A stretch of 64,000 nt of DNA from NCBI GenBank assembly GCA_030390025.1, contig JASTWF010000121.1:248001-312000 (forward strand), read 5' to 3'. Each line of letters begins with the position of its first letter. Positions within the stretch are counted from its first letter, which is position 1. The position numbers were made by a program, and so were the translations under genes. Below the pieces are notes generated by a model. It did no database searches and was not told where the DNA came from. It worked only from the letters and a program-made list of their open reading frames with translations. This stretch comes from Squalus acanthias (taxonomy: Eukaryota). Below, piece after piece: positions 1 to 12,237 of this stretch.

Positions 1-737
1 TAGTCAGAGAATCACCTGCAATGGCTTCTCTTCCTGCTCCCGCACCGTTACCTCTGGTGCCCCCAAGGATCTATCCTTGGCCCCCCTCCTATTTCTCATC
101 GACATGCTGCCCCTCGACAACATCATCTGAAAACATAGCGTCAGTTTCCACATTTACGCTGACGACACCCAGCTCTACCTCACCACCACCTCTCTCGATC
201 CCTCCACTGGCTCTACATTGTCACAATGCTTGTCTGACACCCAGTACTGGATGAACAGAAATTTCCTCCAACTAAATATTGGGGAGAACGAAGCGATCGT
301 CTTCGATCCCCGCTTGCTGACCAACACTGGCTCCCAGTTAATCAATGCCTTGATTTTAAAATTCTCATCCTTGTTTTCAAATCCCTACATGGCCTCGTCC
401 CTCCCTATCTCTGTAACCTCCTCCAGCCCTACAATCCTCTGAGATATCTGCGCTCCTCCAATTCTGGCCTCTTGAGCATCCACGATTATAATTGCTCCAC
501 CATTGGTGGCCGTGGCTTCAGCTGCCTGGGCCCTCCCTAAACCTCTCCGCCTCTCTACCTCTCTTTCTCCTTTCAGACACTCCTAAAACCTATCTCTTTG
601 ACCAAGCTTTTGTTCAACTGTCTTAATATCTCCTTATGTGGCTCAGTGTCAAATTATCTTTGAGAACACTCCTGTGAAGCGCTTGGGACATTTTACTACG
701 TTAAAGACGCTTAATAAATACAAGTTGTTGTTGTTGT
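1..737 (+). mobile_element. L2-clade LINE, degenerate 3' fragment
   Basis: Remnants of the RT motifs (G)VPQGSILGP and YADDTQLY; L2-type 3' end (cctgtgaagcgcttgggacattttactacgttaaag) with a (TTG)n tail. Confidence 0.8.
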
Positions 738-1087
738 AAGGGGTTAACTCCCAAGGCTGCACACAGCACTATTTCCTCAACATTAGACCAACAGGCTGAA
801 TTTAATCTCAATAATAGTGATTTGGAGAGATAAGCAAAATATAAATGTATGGTTGTTATATAGAAACACAAGCATCTCACGGACATTCAGCCCCATAAGG
901 CTGTTCCGCCATTCAATTGGATCATGGCTGATCTGTACCTCAACTCCATTTACCCTAAAGGGTGGTGTTGGTTCCAGTGTAGCTCATACAAAATACTTTC
1001 CCCCAAGTAAGTTACAACAGCACTTTCAAACGCCCAACCTTCTAGCATTTGGCCCTCTGCTTGTAACACAACACTTCTGCAGCTAAC

Positions 1088-2925
1088 ATGAACGGTTCTG
1101 ACACACAACTGGTTGAGCCATTCATTGGCAGATCTGGCTGGACCACATCAAGCACTATCAGGCCCTGCTCTCCTCTGCCAAAACTGCTCACTACTCCAGC
1201 ATCATCCTGGAATGCAGAGATAACCCTCGTCTTCTTTCATCCACTACCAATTGTCTCCCTAAACCCCTCTCCCCTGCGCTCACCAGCCTCATTTCTCATT
1301 TCCAACAGCAGGTACAAGGATCTTATGGACTTCTTTGTCAGTAAGATTCAGACCATCCATTTAGCTGCCTCTGCTGCATCCCTTCTTCCCCTAGCCCACC
1401 AAGCCAAACTTCAGCCAAGGTTGCCCCCTGCCCGACCCCTAAACTTGCATCTCACTGGTTTCTCTCCTATCTCCCCTCATGCTCTCTCCAAGCTGAGACC
1501 GACACCCTGCTCTCTCAACCCTATTCCAACCAAACCACTGACCAAACAATCCCTTCCTGGCCTCCATGCTCACTGATATTCTAAATGGTTCCCTCTCCTC
1601 AAGTACTGTCCCATTCTCTTTCAAATCTGCCGTCATCACCCCCCTCCTCAAAAAAAACAGCGTTGACCCCTCTGCCCTTGCAAACTGCCGCTCCATCTCC
1701 AACCTCGCTTTTCTCTCCAAAATCCTTCAAAGTGTTGTCGCCTCCCAAATCCGTGCACATCGTTCCCACAGTTCCACGTTTGAACCTCTGCAATGAGGTT
1801 TCTGTCCCTGACACCACTGAAACTGCCCCAATCACAGTGGCAAATGACATCCCATGGCACTGTGATTATAGTGCACGATCCCTCCTCATCCTTCTTCACC
1901 TGTTTGCAGCCTTTGACAAGGTTGACCACACCATCCTCCTCCAATGCTTCAACTCCATTGTCCAGCTGATTGGGTCTGCTTTCATCTAGTTTCACTCCTA
2001 ACTTTCTAGTCAAAGCCAGAGACGCTCCTGCGATGACTTCTCTTCCCTCCCTCATACCGTTAGCTATGGAGTCCCCCAGGGATCTATCCTTGGCCCCCTC
2101 CTATTTCTCATCTACATGTTGCCCCTTGGCTACATCATCGAAAGACACAACATCAGGTTCCACTTGCACGCTGACAACACCCAGCTCTACCGAACCACCA
2201 GCTCTCTCGACCCCTCCACCGCCTCCGTGTTGTCAGACTGCTTGTCCAACATGCTGTTCTGGATGAGCTGAAATTTCCTTCAATTAAGCATTGGGAAGAC
2301 CAAAGCCATTGTCTTTGGCCCCCACCACAAACTCTGTTCCCTAGCCACCGATTCCAAACCCCTCTCTGGCTATTGTCTCAGGCTGAACCAGACTGTTTGC
2401 AATCTCAGCATCCTATTTGACCCTGAGCTGAGCTCCCGACCCCATATCCTCTCCATCACCAAGACCGACTACTTCCACCTCCGTAATATCACCCGTCTCC
2501 GCCCCGCCTCAGCCCATCTGCTGCTGAAACCCTCATTTATATTTTTGTTACCTCCAGATTGGACTATTCTGATGCTCTCCTGGCCGGCCTCCATCTTCCA
2601 CCTTCCATAAATGAGCTCATCCGAAACTCTGCTGGCCGTATCCTAACTCGCACCAAGTCCTGTTCTCCCATCACTCTTGTGCTCGCTGACCTACATTGGC
2701 TCTCAGTCCGGCAATGCCTTATAATGCTCATTCTCATGTTCAAATCCCTCCATGGCCTCATCCCTCTATCACTGTAACCTCCTCCAGCCCCACAATGCTC
2801 TGAGAACTCCACATTCTTCTAGTTCTGGCTTCTTGTATATCCCCGATTTCCCTCGCCCCAGCATTGGCGGCCGTTTCTTCAGCTGCCTCGGCCCTAAGCT
2901 CTGGAATTCCCTCCCCACAACCCCT
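1088..2925 (+). mobile_element. L2-clade LINE, degenerate ORF2 fragment
   Basis: Frameshifted pieces: [72 protein letters not shown]. Confidence 0.85.
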
Positions 2926-3274
2926 CTGGTGGCAAAATTTGTTTCTGCAGTGCCTGTGGGTCTCTCCCATGGTCAGCCATTGTTGATTCGTCCATAGCAC
3001 GATATTCAGAAGGATCTCAGCACCACCAGCAGCCACAATGCACCTCCCCTTTAAGTGGTGCAGGCTCACTTTAAGTATTGCTAGGCACTCACGTTATTGG
3101 GCATTGGGCTTCCTGCTGATGTGTGCAGCCAATGAACAGCACAGGGAGCGCTGGCTGCACACAGAAATCATGGAGATGAGCAGGCAGCACGAAGTTAGCG
3201 TCTTGCCTGCATTGCAATGTACAGGCGCAGGTTAATCGCACATTGTGACCCCTGTGCCCATTTTCGGGGTTATT

Positions 3275-4038
3275 GGGCCAAAAATTCGGCACTTGCCGGG
3301 TGAGTATGCGCTGTGTACTCACCCGTAAGGCCTCCTGAAGTGCCGGTTTCCTGCATGCACTGCGCATGCGCGGGAAACCGGAACTTCCGGTCTGGTGAAG
3401 GGAGCGGTTCAGAGGTGAACCGCGTGCACGGTAGAGGCTGCGCGCACGCAGCACACTTAGGAATTTTTTCAGGTTTCTCCGGGAGGGTAAGTATTGAAGA
3501 AGCTGCGCTTTTAAAAAGGAGGCGCAGGACCCGTTTTCAACAAGGTAAGTGGTTAATTAATTACAATTAAAACATTTTTTCAACAGGTTTATCTTTTTTA
3601 GATACTTTAAAGAAAGGTAAGTTTATTTTTAGCACTTTTAAAAAGTATTTTAATTTTTTCAAAAATTTAAATTTTTGTTTAAAGTAGTTAATTTATTTAA
3701 CTTATAGTATTTTAAAAATGTGATGGTTTTTAAAAAATGTATTTCAAGTTTAGGTGTTGTTTTGGGGCCGATTTCAATTCACAGATTAGACAGGTCTTCC
3801 TGTCAAATCTATGAATGAAAGATGGTCTGCTGCCATTGGCTCTCCATGGCCCACGTGATCCCAGGGGACACATCGCACTAACTACGCCCCTGGGACACGC
3901 AAGCACTGCGCGCCGACAGTTGGGGGAGGCCCAGGAGCTGAAGTCCCCGTGGGCCCAGAGGTCAACGGCAGGCGCGGTCGGTAGGTGCGCGCGGGATCCT
4001 TGCACCCGCGGGAAGCCAGGGAGCCTAATTTCTGGGCC
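3275..4038. mobile_element. Non-autonomous DNA transposon (PIF/Harbinger-like MITE)
   Basis: Imperfect 16-bp TIRs (gggccaaaaattcggc / gcctaatttctgggcc), 3-bp TSD ATT (3272-3274, 4039-4041); a related copy lies at 58762-59836. Confidence 0.75.
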
Positions 4039-4144
4039 ATTATCTTTAACCCCCCTGCCTCTCCACCTCTCTCCTTCTTTAAGAATCTGTTTAAAAGTTA
4101 ACTGTTTGACCAGGCTTTTGGTTCCCTGTCTTAATGTCACCTTC

Positions 4145-4745
4145 TTTGCCTTTGTTGCGTCTAGACTTGACTATTCCAACGCACTCCTGGCTGGTCTCCC
4201 ACATTCCACCCTATGGAAATTTGAGGCCATCTAAATCTCTGGTGCTCGTGTCCTAACTCACACCAAGTCCTGTTCGCCCATCACCCCTGTGTTCGCTGAC
4301 CTACATTGGCTCCTGGTTAAGCAGCGCCTCGATTTCAAAATTCTCATCCTTGTTTTCAAGTCCCTCCATGGCCTCACCACTCCCTATCTCTGTAATCTCC
4401 TCCAGCCCCACAACCCCCCCGAGATATCTGCGCATCCTCTAATTCTGCCCTCTTGAGCATCCCTGATTATAATCGCTCAACCATTGGCGGCCGTGCCTTC
4501 TGTTGCCCAGGCCCTAAGCTCTGGAATTCCCTGCCTAAATCTGTCCACCTCGCTACCTCTCTTTCCCCCTTTGGGACACTCCTTAGAACCTACCTCTTTG
4601 ACCAAGCTTTTGGTCACCTGCCCTAATTTATCTTTATGTGGATCGGTGTCAAATTATTTGTCTTAAAATACTCCTGTGAAGCACCTTGGGGCGTTTTACT
4701 ACGTTAAAGGCGCTATATAAATACAAGTTGTTGTTGATGTTGGTG
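4145..4745 (+). mobile_element. L2-clade LINE 3' end
   Basis: SRLDYSNALLAG and LHWL remnants; same 3' terminus and (TTG)n tail as 1-737. Confidence 0.8.
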
Positions 4746-4808
4746 TTACTTTTGGTCTGTTTACTCTCCTGGGAAATGTTTACTGTGTTAAAGTCACTAT
4801 ATAAATGC

Positions 4809-5586
4809 GGGCAACAAGGGCAGACATCGCTGATGAAGTCCAACACCACCTTCAGTGTGCCAATGCAGCCTTCGCTCGCCTGAGGAAAAGAGTGTTTGAA
4901 GACCAGGACCTCAACCCCTGCACTAAGCTCATGGTCTACAGTGCAGCAGTGATACCTGCCCTGCTGTATGCCTCAGAGACATGGACCATGTACAGCAGGC
5001 ACCTCAAAGCACTGGAGAGGTACCACCAACGCTGCCTCCGCAAGATCCTGCAATTCCATTGGCAGGATAGGTGCACCAATATCAGTGTTCTCGCTCAGGC
5101 CAACATCTCTAGCATCGAAGCTTTGACCACGCTCGATCAACTCCGATGGATGGGTCACATCGTCCGCATGCCCGATACGAGATCCCCAAAACAAGTGCTC
5201 TACTCGGAGCTCCGACTGGGCAAGAGAGCCCCAGGTGGGCAGAGGAAACGCTTCAAGAACACCCTCAAAGCCTCCTTGAAAAAGTGCAACATCCCCACTG
5301 ACACTTGGGAATCCCTGGCCCAAGACCGCACAAAGTGGAGGAGAAGCATCCAGGAAGGCGCCAAGCAGCTCGAGTCTCTTCGCAGGGAGCAAGCGGAAGC
5401 CAAGCGCAGGCAGCGCAAGGAGCGCACGTCAACCCAAGCACCCCACCCACCCACCCCTTCAACCCCCGTCTGCCCCACCTGTGACAGAGACTGTAGGTCC
5501 CGCATTGGACTCATCAGTCACCTGAGAACTCATTTTGAATGTGGAAGCAAGTCATCCTCGGTTCCAAGGGACTGCCTAAGAAGAAG
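4809..5586 (+). mobile_element. RTE-clade LINE, 5'-truncated
   Basis: Open C-terminal RTE ORF (LLYASETWT, QLRWMGHIVRM, CPTC..C.SRIGLISH zinc finger), (AAG)n tail, 10-bp TSD ATATAAATGC at 4799-4808 and 5587-5596. Confidence 0.9.
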
Positions 5587-5730
5587 ATATAAATGCCAGT
5601 TGTTGTTATAAAGGGGGGAGGAGGTTTGGCTGCAGGGGTTTTAAATGGGTGTTTTAAACATTTATGTCGCTGCAGCCAATGTGGCCCCCACTGTGTGAGC
5701 TCTCAGTGTGAAGTCGATACATTGTGGGGA

Positions 5731-5878
5731 ACTTCCTCTCAGTAAATCTTTCACTTTATCTCTGAAGTGTTAACCGAGTCGCTTAACGGAAAATCCACCC
5801 AGTAATGTCTGTTCTCAGAATAGAGCAGTCATTGGCTTATTGTCACTGCTTCCTCTTTATGTACTCTTTAACTTCCTT
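5731..5878 (+). promoter_or_regulatory. Candidate haematopoietic-type promoter of the Ig-like gene (Ets/PU.1-like, IRF-like and reverse CCAAT motifs)
   Basis: ACTTCCTC 5731-5738, GCTTCCTCTTT 5848-5858 and ACTTCCTT 5871-5878 (GGAA cores on the minus strand), TTTCACTTT 5749-5757, ATTGG 5831-5835. All lie in non-repeat DNA 115-265 bp upstream of the leader ATG. Function is inferred only. Confidence 0.4.
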
Positions 5879-5993
5879 ATCACAGAAAGAAGGGATATTA
5901 AATAACCTGCAGACAGCTGGGACACATCGTGTCTCGATGTCTTTACTGTACATACAATAAACTGTGGATAAACAGGACTGTCATTCTGTTGAG

Positions 5994-6045
5994 ATGATCA
6001 GTAAAACCCTTTTTGCTGTGACCCTGTCCCTCTGTGTTGCTTTGG
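5994..6045 (+). CDS. Signal-peptide (leader) exon, MISKTLFAVTLSLCVAL-G
   Basis: gagATG start, 17 codons plus 1 nt, basic n-region and hydrophobic core, canonical G|GTAAGT donor (6046-6051). Phase 1 matches the VJ acceptors, giving ...CVALG-AKAPVLLQSP or ...CVALG-ANDPVLLQSP. Linkage to the V exons is inferred. Confidence 0.65.
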
Positions 6046-6261
6046 GTAAGTATGAGTTTCAGTTTGGTTCGGAGGTGTTTGACGTATAAAAAGAACTTTA
6101 CATGGTTTGTGTTGCTGTGTGACTGCTCCTGCATTTAGTATGAATTCTATTGTTCGAACATTCAGAACTGGACATGAGTATTACAAGGAGAATTTATCGC
6201 TGTATTGAGATTGTTTAGTGCTCCTGGCACAGATCTACACAGGCTGGGAACACGTAGTTAG

Positions 6262-6460
6262 AATGTGGAACTCGCTACCACAGGGAATAGCATAGATGCA
6301 TTTATGAAGAAGCTAAATAAGCACATGAGGGAGAAAGGAATAGAAGGATATGTTGACGGGGTTAGATGAAGAGGGGTGGGATCAGGCTCGTGTGGAGCTT
6401 CAATAGCGGAATGGATCTGTTGGGCTGAATGGCCGGTTTCTGTGTTGTTAATACTTTGTA
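6262..6460 (+). mobile_element. CR1-clade LINE 3' fragment
   Basis: WNSLPQ remnant and a CR1-type 3' UTR (gggctgaatggcc..tttctgtg). Confidence 0.65.
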
Positions 6461-6528
6461 GCAGAACAACTGGGTGTGCTCTTCCCATCATTTTCTGTCG
6501 TTCATTTTATTGGGGTAGGTTTGAGTAA

Positions 6529-7277
6529 CAGTCTGCACATTAAGGATGTGTATTTGGTTTGATTTAATCAGTCTGCACATTAAGGATGTGTATTTGCTTT
6601 GATTTACTCAGTCTGCACATTAAGGATGTGTATTTGGTTTGATTTACTCAGTCTGCACATTAAGGGTGTGTATTTGGTTTGATTTACTCAGTCTGCACAT
6701 TAAGGGTGTGTATTTGGTTTGATTTAATCAGTCTGCACATTAAGGGTGTGTATTTGGTTTGATTTACTCAGTCTGCACATTAAGGATGTGTATTTGCTTT
6801 GATTTACTCAGTCTGCACATTAAGGATGTGTATTTGGTTTGATTTAATCAGTCTGCACATTAAGGATGTGTATTTGGTTTGATTTAATCAGTCTGCACAT
6901 TAAGGATGTGTATTTGGTTTGATTTAATCAGTCTGCACATTAAGGGTGTGTATTTGGTTTGATTTAATCAGTCTGCACATTAAGGATGTGTATTTGGTTT
7001 GATTTAATCAGTCTGCACATTAAGGGTGTGTATTTGGTTTGATTTAATCAGTCTGCACATTAAGGGTGTGTATTTGGTTTGATTTACTCAGTCTGCACAT
7101 TAAGGATGTGTATTTGGTTTGATTTACTCAGTCTGCACATTAAGGATGTGTATTTGGTTTGATTTACTCAGTCTGCACATTAAGGATGTGTATTTGGTTT
7201 GATTTACTCAGTCTGCACATTAAGGATGTGTATTTGGTTTGATTTAATCAGTCTGCACATTAAGGGTGTGTATTTGG
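6529..7277. repeat. 40-bp minisatellite, about 18.7 copies
   Basis: Unit cagtctgcacattaaggRtgtgtatttgStttgatttaMt repeated head-to-tail with few variant positions. Confidence 0.97.
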
Positions 7278-9269
7278 GGGGGATTTGAACGGCTACCTAC
7301 AGTTCTTGAATCTACAGCTTTGTGATTCAGAGATGAGAGTTCTACCAACTGAGCCAAGCTGACACTCACATCAACTTTACACATTAAACAATACTTAACT
7401 TGTTACATTAAAACACCTCCAAGTCCTTCACATACAATGAATCCATTTGAAGTTCTGGAACTGTTCTGTCAGTGAACACTGTAGCTATTCTGTGCCAGCA
7501 ATATTCCCCAAAGATTAATGAGATGAATGGCCAATTAATGTGTTTTGTGATGGTGTTAGTTGGAGGATGAATAATGGCCAGGACACCAAACCCATGTTCT
7601 GCTCTTTGTAAAATTGTACCTTGGGATCTTCAATATTGAACTGGACCACCACATTGGTGGGGTATGGACTCAGTGTAAGAGCTCATCTGCAGGACGACAC
7701 TCTGACAATGCAATCTTCTCTCTGTAGTCCTCCAGAATGTCAGCTTAGATTGAGAGCTCAAAGCTCTGAAATGGGACTTAAAGCCACAGCTTTCTGAGCT
7801 GAGTGTGAGAGTGCTACCAACAGAGCCAAGCTGACACATTAGCCTCACTGCTGCTGTCGGATCTCATCCTCTCCTCCCACCATTTCCCATCTGTTTAACA
7901 GACAGAAAATGATGAGGACCATGCCCGCGAGTTCCCAATCTGCAGACCCAAAGGGAGAGACTCCCTGCAGGAAGTGCGATTTTGTAAATTATCCTGAGTT
8001 CAGTATTGCTTTCTCAGAACAAGAGCTGCAAACTAAGCACATGGAGCAGGAGAGGAGAAGCAGGCGTGTCTGCACCAAAGTGGAACTTCCCTCTTCTCGG
8101 GATATTGTGGTGACTCATGTGGTGCCGAGTGTGGAAGACACAGTGTCCTGTAGAGCGAGTGGGGAAACATGAGCTCGTCCACTGACACAGGGACACTCAA
8201 TGACTCCAGTCAGAGACCTCACCAAAATAGAAACTGCAATCTCTGATTAACGCCTTTTAACTTCTGTAACGTGTTTATTATTTTTACAAACCAGCAAAAG
8301 GTCGAGTCATTTACCAAAACTCAAAAATTGGTCCGTCTTTTCTCTCTGATTATTTAACAAGTTAACTTTTGTGTTATAAAAGCACACGAGGGATTTAGAC
8401 CGAATATGTCACATGTTCTCTGGAGGAGCATCAGTTAGAAATTATACCTCATTAATCTTGAGAGCTTGGAATGCCTAATGACCTTGTTTGAAGCAATAAC
8501 ATGGGGAGACAGGGAGACAGAAGTTAGACTAACTTCAGTGAATTTTGAAATAAATTCTTAGCTTTCCATCTGTTCCAGTTTTTCCTCAAATGCAATCCCA
8601 GCAATTCCCAGTTTATTCAGCAACAGAATCAGTCTGTCCCACTGGCTCTGCTACAGTTTCCACGAGCTCTTTACAGCAATTTATAAAAACTGAAATTTCA
8701 AAAGAAATATTGTAGCTTGCTAATTTCACCTCCCACTTGTTGTGGAATCGAGAGGTATCTTGGTTTGTTTTCTGCTGCCTGTCCCGTACATTGTCGATAA
8801 TCCATTAGAAACCTCTATCAGGTACATGGTTGTGTTTGACTTACAGATGTAGTGGTAGTAACTGTTTGTGAATGGGGAGATTGGGGAGAGTGCCAGAAAG
8901 GCATGTCCCTGTTATTTAGCCCTTTCGGCCAAGCTGTGCGGCTCTTTTACACGTGTGGTGTAAATGCCGTTTCACGTTTATATTTTTCTTCTGTGGGAAT
9001 TGTGTGGTTATCTGTTGTCCACACTCATGGTTTTATAGGTTTTAGTTCCATGTCATTTTGGTCCAGATGAAAACAGCAAACATGTTGAATGTGCATCAAT
9101 GAAGCTCACTGGGTGCAAATAAGCAACTATAGATACCAAAGAGGGACAAGAGGCCAGTCTACATTGTAAGCTCTCGCTGGTTTAACAGACATACCTGCTA
9201 CTCCTACTGGCCTACTCCTGCTCCTAGATTCTATGTTTCTATGTTTCTATGCTGGAAAGAAAGACCGAC

Positions 9270-9420
9270 TGACTGACTTACATTTATAGAGCGACCTCAG
9301 GATGTCCCAAAGCACTTTACAGACAATGAAGTACTTTTGAAGCATAGTCACTGTTGTAATGTAGGAAACGCGGCAGCCAATTTGCGCACAGCAAGCTCCC
9401 ACAAATAGCAATATGATAAA
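9270..9420 (-). mobile_element. Deu-SINE (SacSINE1-like) 3' fragment
   Basis: Reverse complement of the tgggagcttgctgtgcgcaaattggctgccgcgtttcctacattacaacagtgact core also seen at 23461-23754. Confidence 0.75.
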
Positions 9421-9804
9421 CTGTCCTTCCCCCTCCTGGCCCTATAAGGAATGTTTAAAAAACTTACCTGTTTAGGTCTATTCTGGCCCCGGCTCCTCTT
9501 CCCACTAGCTTCACCATGGAAGAAAGTCCCAATATCTTCCCCACTCAGGTAGAGAGAGCAGGGCGGGTGATGCACGTGCCTGTTCAGTGGTTCCAGGGAC
9601 TACGTAAACCTGGTGCTGGGAGTTTATGATTTTGACACAGGTGTGCAGCCAGCACTATCCATGCTATTCATTGGCTGCGTGCCTACTTGGGAAGGTGGGA
9701 AATCAGGTTTATTTCACATCACTGAAAGGCGGCCTACACCTATTAAAGTAGAAGCGCACCCTGACCACAGATACCAGGGAGCAATTGTTAACACAGAAAC
9801 GGCT

Positions 9805-10010
9805 GCCAGACCCACAGATCGGGCCATCAGTTTCTCTGATGATGCATTGGCGGCCCTGGTCCGGGTGGTGGACAGGTGGTGTCCTCCAGGCAACACCTCC
9901 GCCAACAGTGGGGAAAGGCAGCAGAGGAGATTAATGCCAGCTTAGCTCACAGGACATGGCTGCAATACAAAAAATATTTAAATGTCCTCAGTGGAGTTGT
10001 CACGGTAAGA
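9805..10010 (+). mobile_element. Degenerate Myb/SANT-like DNA-binding ORF of a PIF/Harbinger transposon
   Basis: Frameshifted pieces FSDDALAALVRVVDR and QWGKAAEEINASLAHRTWLQYKKYLNVL resemble the Harbinger Myb/SANT domain (W..VA..V......RT..QC.K..NDL). Confidence 0.6.
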
Positions 10011-10300
10011 ATCTTACCTCTCACCTCAACTACTCTCTCCTCACACCTGCAGCCTCATTACTCACAACACTCCCCTCCCCCACTCTCCTACAGCCCCACG
10101 GGCAGGGGGAGAGTCACTTTTGTGACAATGCTGGAGGAGACACCGTGCAGGCTTTCTTCACACTGTATCGGCTTCTTTTTCCCTTCAAACCTCTACCTCA
10201 CCCCACACACTCTGCATGAGAAACTGTAACTCTTCTCACCAGCCACTCAAAGCTAACTCTTGTCCGTCTCTCAGAGGCTCGAGTGGAACCACAGCTACAA

Positions 10301-10545
10301 GGGTCAGCCATGGCTCAGTTGGTAGCACTCTCTCCTCTGAGTCAGAAGGTCATGGGTTCAAGCCCCACTCCATGAATCCAGGCTGACACTCCAGTGCGGT
10401 TCTGAGGGAGGGCTGCACTGTCAGATGTGTTGACTTTTGGATGAGGCATTAGAGCGAGGCCCTGTCGTCTCTATCAGGTGGTTGTAAAAGATCCCATTGC
10501 ACTATTTAAAGAGCAGGGCAGTTCTCTATTTATTGCCCAATATTT
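10301..10545 (+). mobile_element. tRNA-derived Deu-SINE (SacSINE1-like)
   Basis: Pol III A box (tggctcagttggtag) and B box (ggttcaagcc), followed by a degenerate Deu core. Confidence 0.75.
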
Positions 10546-10825
10546 ATCATAGAATCATAGAAGGAGACCATTCAGCCATTGTCGATGTGCCGGCTCTGTG
10601 AAAGAGCTCTCCATTTAGTCTCACTTCCCTGCTCTTTCCCCATAGACCTGCAAGTTTCTCCTATTCAAGTATTTATCCAATTTCCTTTTGAAAATTATTA
10701 TTGAATCTGCTTCCACCACCTTTTCAAGCACCGCATTCTCGATCAGAACAACTTGTTGCTTAAAAAAATCTCATTTTTTCCCCCCTGGATATTTTGTCAA
10801 TTTGTGTCCTCTGGTTACCGACCCT

Positions 10826-11950
10826 CAGAGGGACAGAGGAACAGGAGGAGGCCATTCAGCCCCTCGAGCCTGTTCCACCATTCAATGAGATCATGGCCGA
10901 TCTGCGACCTAACTCCATATACCCGCCTTTGGCCCATATCCCTTAATACCTTTGGTTAACAGAAAGCTATTAATCTCAGATTTAAAATTAACAATTGATC
11001 TCGCATCAATTGCCATTTGAGGAAGAGAGTTCCAAACTTCTACCACCCTTTGTGTGTAGAAGAGTTTCCTAACTTCACTCCTGAAAGGTCTGGCTCTAAT
11101 TTTTAGACTATGCCCCCAGTCCTAGAATCCCCAACCAGCGGAAATAGTTTCTCTCTATCTAGCCTATCAGTTCCCCTTAATATCCTGAAAAATTCGATCA
11201 GATCACCCCTTAACCTTCTCAATTCTTGGTAATGCAACCCTAATTTGTGTAATCGCGCCTCGTAACTTAACCCTTGAAGTCTGGGTATCATTTTGGGAAA
11301 CCTACGCTGCACTCCCTCCAAGGCCAATATATCCTTCCTAAGGTGTGGTGCCCAGAACTGCTCACAGTACCCCAGGTGTGGTCTAACCAGGGCTTTGTAT
11401 AGCTGCAGCATAACTTCTACCCCCTTGTATTCTAGTCCTCTAGATATAAAGGCCAGCATTCCATTAGCATTTTTGATTATTTTCTGTACCTGTTCATGAC
11501 ATTTTAATGATCTATGTACCTGGACCCCCAAGTCTCTTTGGACCTCCACTGTTTTTAGTCTTTCACCATTTAGAAAGTACCCTGTTTTGTCCTTTTTAGT
11601 TCCAAAGTGGATGACCTCATTTTTGCCTATATTGAAATCCATTTGCCACAGTTTTGCCCTTTCACTTAATCTGTCGATATCCCTTTGTAATTTTAGGCTT
11701 TCAGCTACACTGCCTACAATGCCGCCTATCTTTGTCTCATTGGCAAATTTGGATATATGACTTTCTATGCCATCATCTAAGTCGTCAATAAATACTGTGA
11801 ATAGTTGAGGTCCCAACACAGATCCCTGCGGGACACCACTAGTCACATCCTGCCAATTTGAGTACCTGCCCATCATCCCTACTCTCTGTTTCCTGCCACT
11901 CAGCCAGTCTCTGAACCAGGTCAATAATTTGCCCTCAATTTCATGGACTT
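10826..11950 (-). mobile_element. CR1-clade LINE, 5'-truncated (RT C-terminus)
   Basis: ORF 11103-11975: [32 protein letters not shown]; CR1 3' UTR near 10830-10900. Confidence 0.9.
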
Positions 11951-12075
11951 CTACTGCTCCTGCCAGTGGAAACATTTTCTCCCGATCTACTCAGTCAAAA
12001 CCCCTCATAATTGTGAATACCTCTTAACCTTCTCTGCTCTAAGGAGAACAATCCCAGCTTCTCTCGTCTCTCCAC

Positions 12076-12237
12076 CAATGTGCCCACTAATTTTTTTGGG
12101 TGCGCGACACCTTTAACGGGCTGCGTGGCCCGTTCAAATTATCGCACATGCGCAGGTTTTGCCATTTGAAAGCCGTTGAGATGCCTGCGCGGGACCTCCA
12201 GAACGCTGCACGGCTGCGCAACTTAATGGGAACATTT
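12076..12237. mobile_element. hAT-superfamily MITE (162 bp)
   Basis: 8-bp TSD CTCTCCAC (12068-12075, 12238-12245); TIRs caatgtgcccactaa / ttaatgggaacattt; interrupts a CR1. Confidence 0.8.

Noticed and set aside
10301-10372. tRNA gene
   Set aside because: The A/B boxes run into a Deu-SINE core and there is no complete cloverleaf, so this is a SINE head.
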